A stretch of 32,000 nucleotides of DNA from Candidatus Saccharimonadota bacterium (GCF_025021925.1 NZ_CP092368.1:30001-62000); one strand, 5' to 3'; positions 1 to 9,317 are shown, counted from the first letter of the stretch. Notes: generated by a model not told the origin, from the sequence alone. Translations and numbers: made by a program.

Positions 1-344
1 CTATAAATATCAAGTGGAATACTTGCTTGAGCTGCAAGCCTTGCAAGATATTCAGATCCTTGCAATCCATTAATAATTTGATGATTATCAAAAAACATCT
101 TTAAACTCAACTCATTGGCTACTATACCGTATTTTCTGGTTTTAGATATTTGTGTAAAAATACTTTGATGTAGTGGATCATAAAAATGTTCTGCAATCAC
201 CACATCTTCTACTGCATCACAAATTCTATTATCACGAATCATTGCTCCAATTAGCATTTGCTCAGCTTCTAAATTATTTGGTAATTGACATATTTCATCA
301 TAATATCTCTTCTTGGAAGAGGCTTTGTCAGGTAATTTATTCAT
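1..344 (-). CDS. dnaB: Replicative DNA helicase DnaB, N-terminal part. The gene continues past the left edge of the window.
   Basis: This ORF is missing from the ORF track because it runs off the window. The reverse complement from the ATG at 344..342 reads MNKLPDKASSKKRYYDEICQLPNNLEAEQMLIGAMIRDNRICDAVEDVVIAEHFYDPLHQSIFTQI.... The LP-N-LEAEQ-LIGA and FYDP-HQ-IF motifs are typical of the DnaB N-terminal domain. Confidence 0.8.
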   Translation of the reverse strand, partial: MNKLPDKASSKKRYYDEICQLPNNLEAEQMLIGAMIRDNRICDAVEDVVIAEHFYDPLHQSIFTQISKTRKYGIVANELSLKMFFDNHQIINGLQGSEYLARLAAQASIPLDIY

Positions 345-460
345 ATAGTATAATAATAGAAGAATAAACACTCAACTATTGTAGAATATTTATTCCTAAT
401 GTGAAATATATAAAGATAAAAAAATTGACTACATATCTATTACATATATTATAACTGCAT

Positions 461-545
461 ACCCATGTGGTGCAATGGTAGACACGGTAGACTCAAAATC
501 TGCTTCTTATTGATAAGTATACCGGTTCAAGTCCGGTCATGGGTA
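461..545 (+). tRNA. tRNA-Leu, anticodon CAA, class II with a long variable arm. CCA is not encoded.
   Basis: Manual cloverleaf fold. The acceptor stem is ACCCATG/CATGGGT. The D stem is GTG/CAC. The anticodon stem is GTAGA/TCTGC with loop CTCAAAA. The variable arm is a CTTAT-TGA-ATAAG hairpin. The T arm is ACCGG-TTCAAGT-CCGGT and the discriminator is A. Confidence 0.85.
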
Positions 546-719
546 CTCTCCCCGATAAAATAATTTATGCATGTATTACTCATAGTATGAATACAAGAAA
601 ATCAGTTACAAATATATAAACTGCTTCTTTATGATAGATATACATATATTATAACTAATGTATGATATTCAAGCTTAAGTTGCAAAATATAAAAAAGCAG
701 ACACAATACATATAGACAA

Positions 720-2009
720 ATGTTTTTTATAAATTTCATGTATAGTCACCAAGCAAAGGTGTTAATATCAAATATTCTCTGTAGATCTGCAATATGGTAT
801 GAGCATATGATTTTTATTGATCTAGCTAATGTTATCAGCAGAGAATTTTGTTACGCAAAAGATACGTATTATAATATTCTACAACTCTTTGGGATAGCAG
901 GACTCAGTGCTATGGTGAGACCAATTGGCGCATGTATTTTTGGTCATATTGGTGATAAATATGGAAGAAAGATAGTTTTACCAATTGCTATATTATTAAT
1001 ATCAATTCCATCCAGTCTAATAGCATTTATTCCCAGTTATAATAAAATGGGAATCAGCGCTACTATATTGCTTCTCATAATATATATGATACAAGGCATT
1101 GCACTTGGTGCTGAACAAGGAGGTAGTTCTGTTTATCTTATGGAGCATTTACCTAATAAGAAAAAAACACTAGGTATTTTCTTTGGAATAGTCAGTTGTG
1201 GACGTTCCATTGGAATCTTATTATCTGTTATTATTATAGTTATTTGTAAACAAACTACAGATTTTAATGCGTGGGGTTGGAGATTGCCTTTCACTTGCTC
1301 ATCTTTTTTAGGTATAATGAGTGCATATATGTTATATAAGTTAGGAGAAACTCCTACATATGAACATCAAATTAAACAAAGACATTTATCTAGCGTACCA
1401 GCAATAGAATTAATTCATAATCATAAGAAGGCTTTTATACTTGCTATATTAATTTCTATACCTGTTAATGTTGCTGTAGGATTTGCTATATTTCTACGAA
1501 CTCTCGCAAAAGAAATAGTATCAGTTGAAATATATGCAACAACATATATTAATGAAATTGTATTAATTATCACTAGCATTCTTATGCCTATTTCCTCAAT
1601 TGCTTTAGGCGCATTAGCTGATAAAATAGGAAAAGAATATACTGCAATACTCTTTATTATGATGATAATCTTACTATGTTGTCCAATATTATCTCTTGCA
1701 TTTTATTATAAAAGTTACCTATTAATTATGTTAAGCATTATGGCTATCTCTATAATAGAAAGAGGGATCAATCCTATCGGAATAGTCGTATCAGAACTTT
1801 TTCCAACACACATAAGATTTAGTGGTGTGAGTTTATCACGCAATATTTCATATGCATTACATGGAGGCTTAACACCAATGATTTGCATTTGGTTGACCGT
1901 GAAATTTCCTGAAATCAGTTTTATTGCAGGATTCTATATAATCTTTTGCTTATTGATTAGTTTGATAGCGATATTGCATATCAAACCACAAGATAAAAAT
2001 TTTGATTAA
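720..2009 (+). CDS. MFS transporter of the proline/betaine (ProP-like) family
   Basis: 429 aa and multi-TM. It carries GHIGDKYGRK (MFS loop 2-3 motif), WGWRLPF, and an N-terminal WYE..MIF segment that resembles the ProP-type EWYDF motif. The start could instead be Met7 at 738. Confidence 0.7.
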   Translation: MFFINFMYSHQAKVLISNILCRSAIWYEHMIFIDLANVISREFCYAKDTYYNILQLFGIAGLSAMVRPIGACIFGHIGDKYGRKIVLPIAILLISIPSSLIAFIPSYNKMGISATILLLIIYMIQGIALGAEQGGSSVYLMEHLPNKKKTLGIFFGIVSCGRSIGILLSVIIIVICKQTTDFNAWGWRLPFTCSSFLGIMSAYMLYKLGETPTYEHQIKQRHLSSVPAIELIHNHKKAFILAILISIPVNVAVGFAIFLRTLAKEIVSVEIYATTYINEIVLIITSILMPISSIALGALADKIGKEYTAILFIMMIILLCCPILSLAFYYKSYLLIMLSIMAISIIERGINPIGIVVSELFPTHIRFSGVSLSRNISYALHGGLTPMICIWLTVKFPEISFIAGFYIIFCLLISLIAILHIKPQDKNFD

Positions 2010-2068
2010 TTCCTGCATGATTCATGTACAAATCAATACAGTATGTTACTTAAAATTGATCTTATAAT

Positions 2069-2512
2069 TTAGATATTTCGTATTGTTTGAAAAAAATCTT
2101 TTAGTAATATAGAACATTTGGTTTCTAGTATACCGCCATATATCTCAGGTATATGATGACAATATTGAAATACTTTAGCGCCATGTTCTACTCCTCCTCC
2201 TTTTGGATTATAAGCTCCAAAGTATAATCTTTTTACTCTTCCAAAAGAAATAGCTTGAGCGCACATAGCACATGGTTCTAATGTTACATATAGATCAGAG
2301 TGATATAACTGTTGAGCATATATGATAGAGGATTGCCTAATGACTAATATTTCTGCATGTGCAGTTGGATCATGAGATGAAAGAGTTAAATTATATGCGG
2401 AAGCAATGACTTGATTCTTATTGACGAGAATAGCTCCTACTGGTATCTCGCCATGTGTTTTTGCAATATTAGCTTGTTCTATTGCAAGCTCCATATATTG
2501 ATAATTAAACAT
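2069..2512 (-). CDS. tadA: tRNA-specific adenosine deaminase
   Basis: 147 aa with the cytidine/deoxycytidylate deaminase zinc motifs HAE (TAHAEILVI) and PCAMCAQAI. The size is typical of TadA. Confidence 0.85.
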   Translation of the reverse strand: MFNYQYMELAIEQANIAKTHGEIPVGAILVNKNQVIASAYNLTLSSHDPTAHAEILVIRQSSIIYAQQLYHSDLYVTLEPCAMCAQAISFGRVKRLYFGAYNPKGGGVEHGAKVFQYCHHIPEIYGGILETKCSILLKDFFQTIRNI

Positions 2513-2578
2513 ATATTATCAAGCTATAAGAGTAATTGAATATACTATCCATATTTTGCTTTTTTTTTACTATGATGT

Positions 2579-4222
2579 TCATATATCACATTGAGCAGAC
2601 TCTTCCTGGAGTACATGCTTCATAAGACAATCTTTTTTATTAATCGCTGCTGTAATAAAAGATACAAAAAGTGGATGAGGAGAAAATGGTTTTGATTGAA
2701 ATTCTGGATGAAATTGTACTCCCATAAACCAGTGATGATGTTCTAATTCTATTGCCTCAATATATATGCCATCTTCTGATATAATGCTACATTGTAACCC
2801 ATGTTTTTCTAAAGCATGTTTATAGCTTAAATTGATCATATATTTATGTCTATGTCTTTCTACAATAGAAGAATTATTATATATAATTGCCATTTGAGAA
2901 TTAGGTTTTATATTGCATTTATGAGCACCTATTCTCATAGTACTGTTAATATTTTGATTGGCAATATGTGCTAATTTAATGATTGCGTGTTGACAGGTAT
3001 AAAACTCCTCGGAATGTACATCTTTAAGTTCAAGGACATTACGTGCAAATTCAATCACTGCAAGTTGCATACCAAGACATATACCAAAAAATGGAATATT
3101 ATGTATACGTGCATAACCAATAGCTAAAATCTTACCTTCTATTCCATCGTCACCAAATCCTCCTGGTACAAGGATTGCATGAGAGTGATGCAATTGTTGT
3201 TCTATAATAGAATGATCATGTTCACGTGCATTAATCCAATTAATCTTAATTTTTATTTTATTACTAATTGCAGCATGTGTAAGAGCTTCTAATAATGATT
3301 TATATGCATCAGGACACTCAGTGTATTTACCTACTATAGAAACAATTACTTCTTGTAATGAGCATCTAATAGAATGAACAATTTGATACCATGAAGAAAG
3401 ATTTGGATTATTGATATTGCAATGAAAGTGTTTTAAAATTTGTGTATCTAGTCCACACAGATGATATAATATTGGTAACTCATATATATTATTTACATCA
3501 GTAGCAGAAATTATATTAGATAAAGATACATTACATAATTGAGATATTTTTTTTTTATGATGATCAGAAATTGCTTTTTCGCTGCGACATAATATTATAT
3601 GAGGTTGTAGTCCTACAGCATTTAATTCTCGTACTGAATGTTGTGTAGGTTTTGTTTTAAATTCTTGTGCTGCGGTGAGAAATGGAACTAAAGTAAGATG
3701 TATTAGAATTACTTTGTTTTCTTTTGCTAATGTATAATTCATCTGACGTATAGCTTCTAAGAATGGTCTACTTTCAATATCACCTACAGTACCTCCTATT
3801 TCACATATAGCAAAATCTATATCTTGTGTATTATTTACAATAAAAGATCTTATTAAATCAGTAATATGCGGAATGACTTGAACAGTTTTACCAAGATAAT
3901 CACCGTATCTTTCTTTTTTTAACAATTCTTGATATATTTGACCAGTAGTAATATTACTCTCTTTAGTCGATTTCAGTCCAGTGAAACGCTCATAATGTCC
4001 TAAATCTAAATCAGTCTCAGCACCATCTTCAGTGACAAAGACTTCTCCATGTTGAGTAGGATTCATTGTACCTGGATTAACATTGAGATATGGATCAAGT
4101 TTCTTGATGGATACTCTCAGCCCATGCGCTTGCAATAATGCTCCTATACTTGATGCGACCAAGCCTTTACCAAGAGATGATACCACTCCACCAGTGACAA
4201 AGATAAATCTAACCTTCTGCAT
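2579..4222 (-). CDS. pyrG: CTP synthase
   Basis: The N-terminus reads MQKVRFIFVTGGVVSSLGKG. It has the GATase motif GICLGMQ and QFHPEF. I prefer Met11 of the tracked ORF (4222) as the start because it gives the conserved N-terminus. The tracked ORF start is 4252. Confidence 0.9.
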   Translation of the reverse strand: MQKVRFIFVTGGVVSSLGKGLVASSIGALLQAHGLRVSIKKLDPYLNVNPGTMNPTQHGEVFVTEDGAETDLDLGHYERFTGLKSTKESNITTGQIYQELLKKERYGDYLGKTVQVIPHITDLIRSFIVNNTQDIDFAICEIGGTVGDIESRPFLEAIRQMNYTLAKENKVILIHLTLVPFLTAAQEFKTKPTQHSVRELNAVGLQPHIILCRSEKAISDHHKKKISQLCNVSLSNIISATDVNNIYELPILYHLCGLDTQILKHFHCNINNPNLSSWYQIVHSIRCSLQEVIVSIVGKYTECPDAYKSLLEALTHAAISNKIKIKINWINAREHDHSIIEQQLHHSHAILVPGGFGDDGIEGKILAIGYARIHNIPFFGICLGMQLAVIEFARNVLELKDVHSEEFYTCQHAIIKLAHIANQNINSTMRIGAHKCNIKPNSQMAIIYNNSSIVERHRHKYMINLSYKHALEKHGLQCSIISEDGIYIEAIELEHHHWFMGVQFHPEFQSKPFSPHPLFVSFITAAINKKDCLMKHVLQEESAQCDI

Positions 4223-4541
4223 GATCATCAAAAGGAATGGATTGAAAATCATTCTTTTTTGTTATTGCTGATTCAGATATATCTACATTATTATTGTAAT
4301 ATAAATTTTTTGATGATATACCTGATAAGATCAGAGTATTAATAATAAATAAACCAGCAACTACAGATGTAATCTTTCTAAGAGGATTAATAGAAGATTT
4401 GATAGGAATCATTGCATTAAATACATGTTGTGAATTACTAAATTCACTGAGCGAGCTACTTCCATGCGGTTGTAACAATACTAAAATTACCAATATTGTT
4501 ACTAAAGTGATCTGAAAGATATTCAATATTGCAATTAACAT
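4209..4541 (-). CDS. secG: Preprotein translocase subunit SecG
   Basis: 110 aa small membrane protein. It has an N-terminal TM segment followed by LLQPHGSSS (the SecG LLQ-x-G-x-G-type motif) and a second TM segment. It lies immediately upstream of pyrG and overlaps it by 14 nt. Confidence 0.6.
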   Translation of the reverse strand: MLIAILNIFQITLVTILVILVLLQPHGSSSLSEFSNSQHVFNAMIPIKSSINPLRKITSVVAGLFIINTLILSGISSKNLYYNNNVDISESAITKKNDFQSIPFDDHAEG

Positions 4542-4908
4542 GATCTTGATTTATAATATTTAAAGAATAAAGTGTAAAAACATAGAGTATACAAGTCAAG
4601 TATATCTGCTATCTTTATAGATTACATCAAGTAGTATACAATATAAAATACAATAAATATATCAGATCAAATGGTGATATGTCTAATTAGAGTAATACAA
4701 TATGCTTTTTTAAGATACAATTTTATGCACAAGGTTATAATATTTTATATAAACATCTATAAGCAATATTTTTTTATATCCATATCTTTAATAGGAATAT
4801 TTCATTCTGAGAATTTATCATGATGAGATAGTATATTTACTTCACTCATTATTTTTCTTATTATAAAACAAAATGAAGATTAGAAATAAAAACATCGGAG
4901 GTATGTAA

Positions 4909-6474
4909 TTGTCAACAATTGCTATTATCCATTTTGGATCTCAGTTTACACAATTGATTGCAAAACAAGTGAGAGAAATGTGTGTGTATTGTGAAATATT
5001 ATCGCCAAGAAATCTTGATGATAATATCATATCGCATTTTAATGGCTTTATTTTTTCTGGAGGCCCACAATCTGTACATGATAATTATTGTGAAATCAGT
5101 CATGTAGTACATAAAATTATACAGCTCAATGATATTACAAGAGTACCTATACTTGGAATATGCTACGGGCATCAATTGCTTTGTCATTATTTTGGATCTC
5201 AAGTAAAGAAGAATTTTAAACAGGAATTTGGTAAAACGAAGATTAAAATCTTACGAACATCTGAGATTATACACAATATATGGAATGTAGGCTCTCAAGC
5301 TGAAGTACTAATGAATCATACAGATAGCATAGAGAATCTACCACAAGACTTTATTGTAATAGCAACAAGTCTAGTAAAAGATTCCATGGCAATAGTTGTT
5401 AATGAAAAAAGAAAGATTTTTTGTACACAATTTCATCCTGAAGTGCACGCTACAACAAATGGATACAAACTTATCTCTAATTTTTTAGATATTTCAAAAT
5501 GTCAAAGAACTTGGACTATGAATACGGTTATTACACAAAAAATATCAAAAATACAAAATATAGTAAAAGATCAAAAAGTAATTGCTGCAGTCAGTGGTGG
5601 TATTGATTCAAGTGTCGCTGCTGCAATTACATACCAAGCTATAGGCAAACAATTAAATTGCATTTTTATAGATACAGGATTACTTTGTAAGAATCACAAT
5701 ATTAGTATATCAAAAGATATTCCTATCAAATATATTAATCAATCAAGTTTGTTTCTTGCTAAGCTACAAGGAGTGATTAATCCAGAACAAAAAAGGAAAA
5801 TTATAGGTGAGACATTTATTAAAGTTTTTGAAAAAGAAGCACGAAAAATTGGTAACGTAAATTTTTTGATGCAGGGTACAATATATTCTGATGTCATTGA
5901 ATCAGGACATTGTGCATATAATACCAGCATAATTAAATCTCATCATAATGTTGGTGGATTACCAAGTCAGATGAATTTAAGGCTATTAGAACCATTACGT
6001 GATCTCTTTAAAGACGAAGTTAAACGTCTTGGTAAAGAACTAAATCTCTCAGATCAAATAATATCACAACATCCATTTCCTGGGCCTGGACTTGCAGTGC
6101 GCATTATCAGTGCAATAGATCAAGAAAAAATTAATATTCTACAAGAAATAGATTGTTTATATATTAGTACATTAAAAAGTTATAATTTATATAATAAAAT
6201 ATGGCAAGCTTTTGCAGTTCTATTGCCTATAAAGGCTGTAGGCATTATAGGAGATAATCGTGCATATGGTTATGTATGTGCTTTACGAGCTGTCACATCT
6301 ACAGATGGTATGACAGCTGACGTATTTCCATTTGCAAATAAACAGCAAGATGCATTAATATTTTGGGATTTTCTACAGACTGTAAGTCACAAAATTGTAA
6401 ATAATATTTCTGGTATCACTAGAGTAGTATATGATGTTACTTCCAAACCACCTGCTACCATTGAATGGGAATAA
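4909..6474 (+). CDS. guaA: GMP synthase (glutamine-hydrolysing)
   Basis: 521 aa with GATase motifs ICYGHQ and QFHPE, the ATP-PPase P-loop SGGIDSS, and the conserved C-terminal TIEWE. It starts at TTG 4909, with GGAGG at 4897..4901 seven nt upstream. No in-frame ATG is available. Confidence 0.92.
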   Translation: MSTIAIIHFGSQFTQLIAKQVREMCVYCEILSPRNLDDNIISHFNGFIFSGGPQSVHDNYCEISHVVHKIIQLNDITRVPILGICYGHQLLCHYFGSQVKKNFKQEFGKTKIKILRTSEIIHNIWNVGSQAEVLMNHTDSIENLPQDFIVIATSLVKDSMAIVVNEKRKIFCTQFHPEVHATTNGYKLISNFLDISKCQRTWTMNTVITQKISKIQNIVKDQKVIAAVSGGIDSSVAAAITYQAIGKQLNCIFIDTGLLCKNHNISISKDIPIKYINQSSLFLAKLQGVINPEQKRKIIGETFIKVFEKEARKIGNVNFLMQGTIYSDVIESGHCAYNTSIIKSHHNVGGLPSQMNLRLLEPLRDLFKDEVKRLGKELNLSDQIISQHPFPGPGLAVRIISAIDQEKINILQEIDCLYISTLKSYNLYNKIWQAFAVLLPIKAVGIIGDNRAYGYVCALRAVTSTDGMTADVFPFANKQQDALIFWDFLQTVSHKIVNNISGITRVVYDVTSKPPATIEWE

Positions 6475-6819
6475 ATCATTCTATACAACTATATAGACTT
6501 GGAGTTTATATGATATTGAGAAATTTTATTATGCATGATCTCATTATCTCTCTATATTCATATAACTGATTATACAATATAAAAAGATGATTATTATGAT
6601 ATTAAAAAATATCATATTTTATGATCAATGATTCCATATTATAACTCATTCATTAAAATCAAATGAAAATTATATAGTTCTTATTATCATAATATCTGAA
6701 ATTGGATTGAATATTCATTTCAATATCTGCAAATGAGAACTTTACTATCAACTATACATTATGTTCTGATGATAGGGTGATTTTATAATATATCAAATAT
6801 GCAATTACATCAGTTTTGT

Positions 6820-6873
6820 ACATTGCTTATCTGTATTACTTGATTATACTCAAGTAATACAGATAAGCAATGT
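6820..6873. repeat. Perfect inverted repeat with 24-bp arms and a 6-nt spacer, 19 nt upstream of the pheS start
   Basis: ACATTGCTTATCTGTATTACTTGA (6820..6843), then TTATAC, then TCAAGTAATACAGATAAGCAATGT (6850..6873). The arms are exact reverse complements. The right end overlaps TGTTATAAT (6871..6879), which is the extended -10 consensus. Confidence 0.9.
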
Positions 6874-6892
6874 TATAATAGTCATTTTTACA

Positions 6893-7954
6893 ATGTCTCA
6901 AGAATTATTAAATCACATTCATGCTCTTGAAGAAAAGGCTATCTCTCGGATTGAACAGATAATATCTTTAAGTGATTTAGAGATAGTGAGACTGCTATAT
7001 TTAGGTAAAAGAGGTATCATAAGAACATATTTCAATCGTTTAAAAGAAATACATAATCAACAAGAAAAATGTTATATAGGAGCATCTATAAATGCATTAC
7101 GTGATAAATTAGACTCTCTAATTATCAGTAAGGTGAATATAATAAAAAGTAAGGCAACTGACTTAAAAGTACGAAATGAATTATCTGATATCACATTACC
7201 TATTAGACCTGAAAAAATTGGACGGTTACATCCAATTAGTAAGATCATACATGATATAAAATTCATTTTTGCTAGTATAGGATTTAAGACAGTATACGGT
7301 CCTGATATTGAAGATGAATTTCACGTTTTTGATGCATTAAATACTCCCAGTTATCATCCTGCAAGAGAAGCTCAAGATACTTTCTATTTAAAATATAAAA
7401 TTGATAATAAAAGAATGATGTTACGTCCTCACACTTCATCTGTACAGATACGCATAATGAAAAATCAGAATAACACTTTTCCAATTCAAATTGTTGCACC
7501 TGGTAGAGTATATAGAAATGATTATGATATCACTCACACTCCTATGTTTCATCAAATAGAGGGTTTATATGTAAATACCCATGTTAATATGGGTCATTTA
7601 AAATTTACTATTAACTATTTTCTTAAAAAATTTTTTGCAGACGATAAGACACTAAAAATACGTTTTCGTAGTAGCTTTTTTCCATTTACTGAACCTTCGA
7701 TAGAAATCGATATCAGATATAAGGGAAGTCCATGGATAGAAATCCTTGGATGTGGCATGATACATACAAACGTATTAAAAAACGTTGGTATCGATCCTAC
7801 TCAATATACAGGATTTGCTTTTGGCATTGGTATAGAAAGACTCGCAATGCTAAAATATGAGATTAAAGATATTAGAAATTTTTATGATAATAAAATTAAA
7901 TGGCTCAATCATTACGGTAGTAATTTTTTATCTCTCAGAACAGCAGGTCTCTAA
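6893..7954 (+). CDS. pheS: Phenylalanine--tRNA ligase alpha subunit
   Basis: 353 aa with class II aaRS motifs: HPISK, LRPHTSSVQIR, GRVYRND, FHQIEG, FFPFTEPS and GIGIERLAML. Confidence 0.92.
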   Translation: MSQELLNHIHALEEKAISRIEQIISLSDLEIVRLLYLGKRGIIRTYFNRLKEIHNQQEKCYIGASINALRDKLDSLIISKVNIIKSKATDLKVRNELSDITLPIRPEKIGRLHPISKIIHDIKFIFASIGFKTVYGPDIEDEFHVFDALNTPSYHPAREAQDTFYLKYKIDNKRMMLRPHTSSVQIRIMKNQNNTFPIQIVAPGRVYRNDYDITHTPMFHQIEGLYVNTHVNMGHLKFTINYFLKKFFADDKTLKIRFRSSFFPFTEPSIEIDIRYKGSPWIEILGCGMIHTNVLKNVGIDPTQYTGFAFGIGIERLAMLKYEIKDIRNFYDNKIKWLNHYGSNFLSLRTAGL

Positions 7955-8183
7955 GATTATGATATATATGATGATTCTTGCGATTGCATGAGATAAAAAG
8001 CATAATGTTCTGTCCGAGCGTGAAAATATTCTTTTGACACATAAGAAAAATGAGATTCTCATGTTCTTTTTGTCTACAAAAATTTATTCAATAAGAAAAA
8101 ATAGAGCATGAATACACATGTATTATGATATTGTCTGTTAATAAGTATCATATATGCAATATAGAGAGTATTTTTGCACAAGC

Positions 8184-8219
8184 AGTATATATTGTCATTT
8201 GAAAATGACAATATATACT
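8184..8219. repeat. Perfect inverted repeat with 17-bp arms and a 2-nt centre, in the pheS/yggT convergent spacer
   Basis: AGTATATATTGTCATTT (8184..8200), then GA, then AAATGACAATATATACT (8203..8219). The arms are exact reverse complements. No flanking T-tract. Confidence 0.85.
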
Positions 8220-8419
8220 TACCATACACATAAAGAATTCTCTCTATGTATAACATCAGAAATATTTTTCAAGGCATGTGTTATTAACAATAGATATAGA
8301 ATATCATGCTATAATTATTCTTCGCGCATTAATGAAAGACTTTTCATTTATCTACAGATTTGATGATATTCCTCATAGGAGATCTATATACTATGATTCA
8401 TACATCTTGATTTTGGTAT

Positions 8420-8698
8420 CTACTGAAAATAATAAGTAATAGAATATTTTATAAAGTGAATTGCTATGATTAATATCAATACAGATATATCTAATCCATT
8501 AAAACTTGGTATGTATTTTTTAATCATATGTAGCGTAGGATTGATCATCTGATGCAGAATTTGCATAATGTTAATGAATAGTGTACTATATATATTTATT
8601 ACATGCATTTTAGCCATCCAATTTAAGAAAATCCAACATGTAATTATAAAGCTATAAAAATCAAGTAATGTATTAAATAGATATAAAAGTGGATGCAT
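8420..8698 (-). CDS. YggT-family small membrane protein
   Basis: 92 aa and hydrophobic. The segment INPTLHMIKKYIPSFNGLDISVLILII matches the YGGT-family pattern (P..R..IP...G.D.S). Confidence 0.55.
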   Translation of the reverse strand: MHPLLYLFNTLLDFYSFIITCWIFLNWMAKMHVINIYSTLFINIMQILHQMINPTLHMIKKYIPSFNGLDISVLILIIAIHFIKYSITYYFQ

Positions 8699-8859
8699 TG
8701 ATGTTTATTATATTAGATTTGTATAAAAAGCAAATATTGAGCAATGTATATTGTATTTTTTCATATCATTTGTTATATTCTGTTATTTTCTAAATTCCTA
8801 ACAATTTCTTCATAAGATTATGATATATTTAGTATATTTTTATTTTTATAGTATAAAAA

Positions 8860-9303
8860 TTATTTATCGCGTAGCTGATCTATAGAAATAATTCTTTTAT
8901 ATGATATATTCTTAGAATATTCTCTCTCTTGAGAATTATCAGGAATATTAGCAACATCAAAGATTAAAATATCTCCTGAGATCTTATCATGAAATTTATT
9001 AATAGAAACAAATGGTATTGTAATATGCTCTTGTACACCTCGAAAACTTAATATTACGCTAAATCTATCATCAAATACTTTTAAATTCTCAAACTGATAT
9101 TGCAATATTATAAGCATATTAGTAGGATAGGATATCCTTAAATCATCTGGTATTCTTACACCATATACAGATGTAATGAATAATATCTCTAAATAAGATA
9201 TCGTATTACCATTTGAGATCATTTCTAAATTCTTTTTGATAACTTGTAATTTAATTAAATTGAGAGATTGTTTGTAATCTTGTTGTTGCATTTTTACTTT
9301 CAT
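8860..9303 (-). CDS. sspB: ClpXP adaptor SspB, alphaproteobacterial type (stringent starvation protein B homologue)
   Basis: 147 aa. The segment GVRIPDDLRISYPTNMLIILQYQFENLKVFDDRFSVILSFRGVQEHITIPFVSINKFHD matches the SspB-alpha core pattern as I recall it (GV.IP..L...YP.EMTIVLQHQFWDL.V.DD.F.V.LSF....E.L.IPF.A...F.D). A Shine-Dalgarno AGGA lies at 9315..9312. Confidence 0.75.
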   Translation of the reverse strand: MKVKMQQQDYKQSLNLIKLQVIKKNLEMISNGNTISYLEILFITSVYGVRIPDDLRISYPTNMLIILQYQFENLKVFDDRFSVILSFRGVQEHITIPFVSINKFHDKISGDILIFDVANIPDNSQEREYSKNISYKRIISIDQLRDK

Positions 9304-9317
9304 ATTAGTCGTCCTAT

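Noticed and set aside
173-367. 64-aa plus-strand ORF at the left edge
   Set aside because: It lies entirely antisense to a clear dnaB N-terminal coding sequence, has low-complexity composition, and has no motifs.
4083-4271. 62-aa plus-strand ORF. It stands for the other short antisense ORFs in the track: 4999..5202, 5739..5930, 7072..7266, 7284..7499, 14932..15114, 16683..16946, 17392..17592, 17810..17992, 25662..25862, 27423..27653, 28207..28416 and 30407..30598.
   Set aside because: Each is embedded antisense in a conserved housekeeping gene. AT-rich genomes generate such stop-free antisense frames by chance, and none shows a protein motif.
6773-6779. TAGGGTG, resembling the core of the T-box motif (AGGGTGGTACCGCG), upstream of an aaRS gene
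   Set aside because: Only 7 nt match. The rest of the T-box sequence, the specifier loop and the antiterminator are absent, and T-box leaders are not expected in this lineage.
6733-6780. 15-codon ORF (MRTLLSTIHYVLMIG*) upstream of pheS, considered as a pheM-like attenuation leader peptide
   Set aside because: It contains no phenylalanine codons at all, so it cannot sense Phe-tRNA charging as the enterobacterial pheST leader does.
8074-8363. Two overlapping 60- and 69-aa ORFs in the pheS/yggT spacer
   Set aside because: They have low-complexity Y/I/C/N-rich translations, overlap each other on opposite strands, and have no Shine-Dalgarno or motifs. I treated the region as non-coding spacer.
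8820-8859. The all-A/T hairpin ATTTTTATA-G-TATAAAAAT just downstream of the sspB stop, considered as a terminator
   Set aside because: The stem is purely A/T with essentially no loop. Such structures are expected by chance at this base composition, so I did not annotate it.
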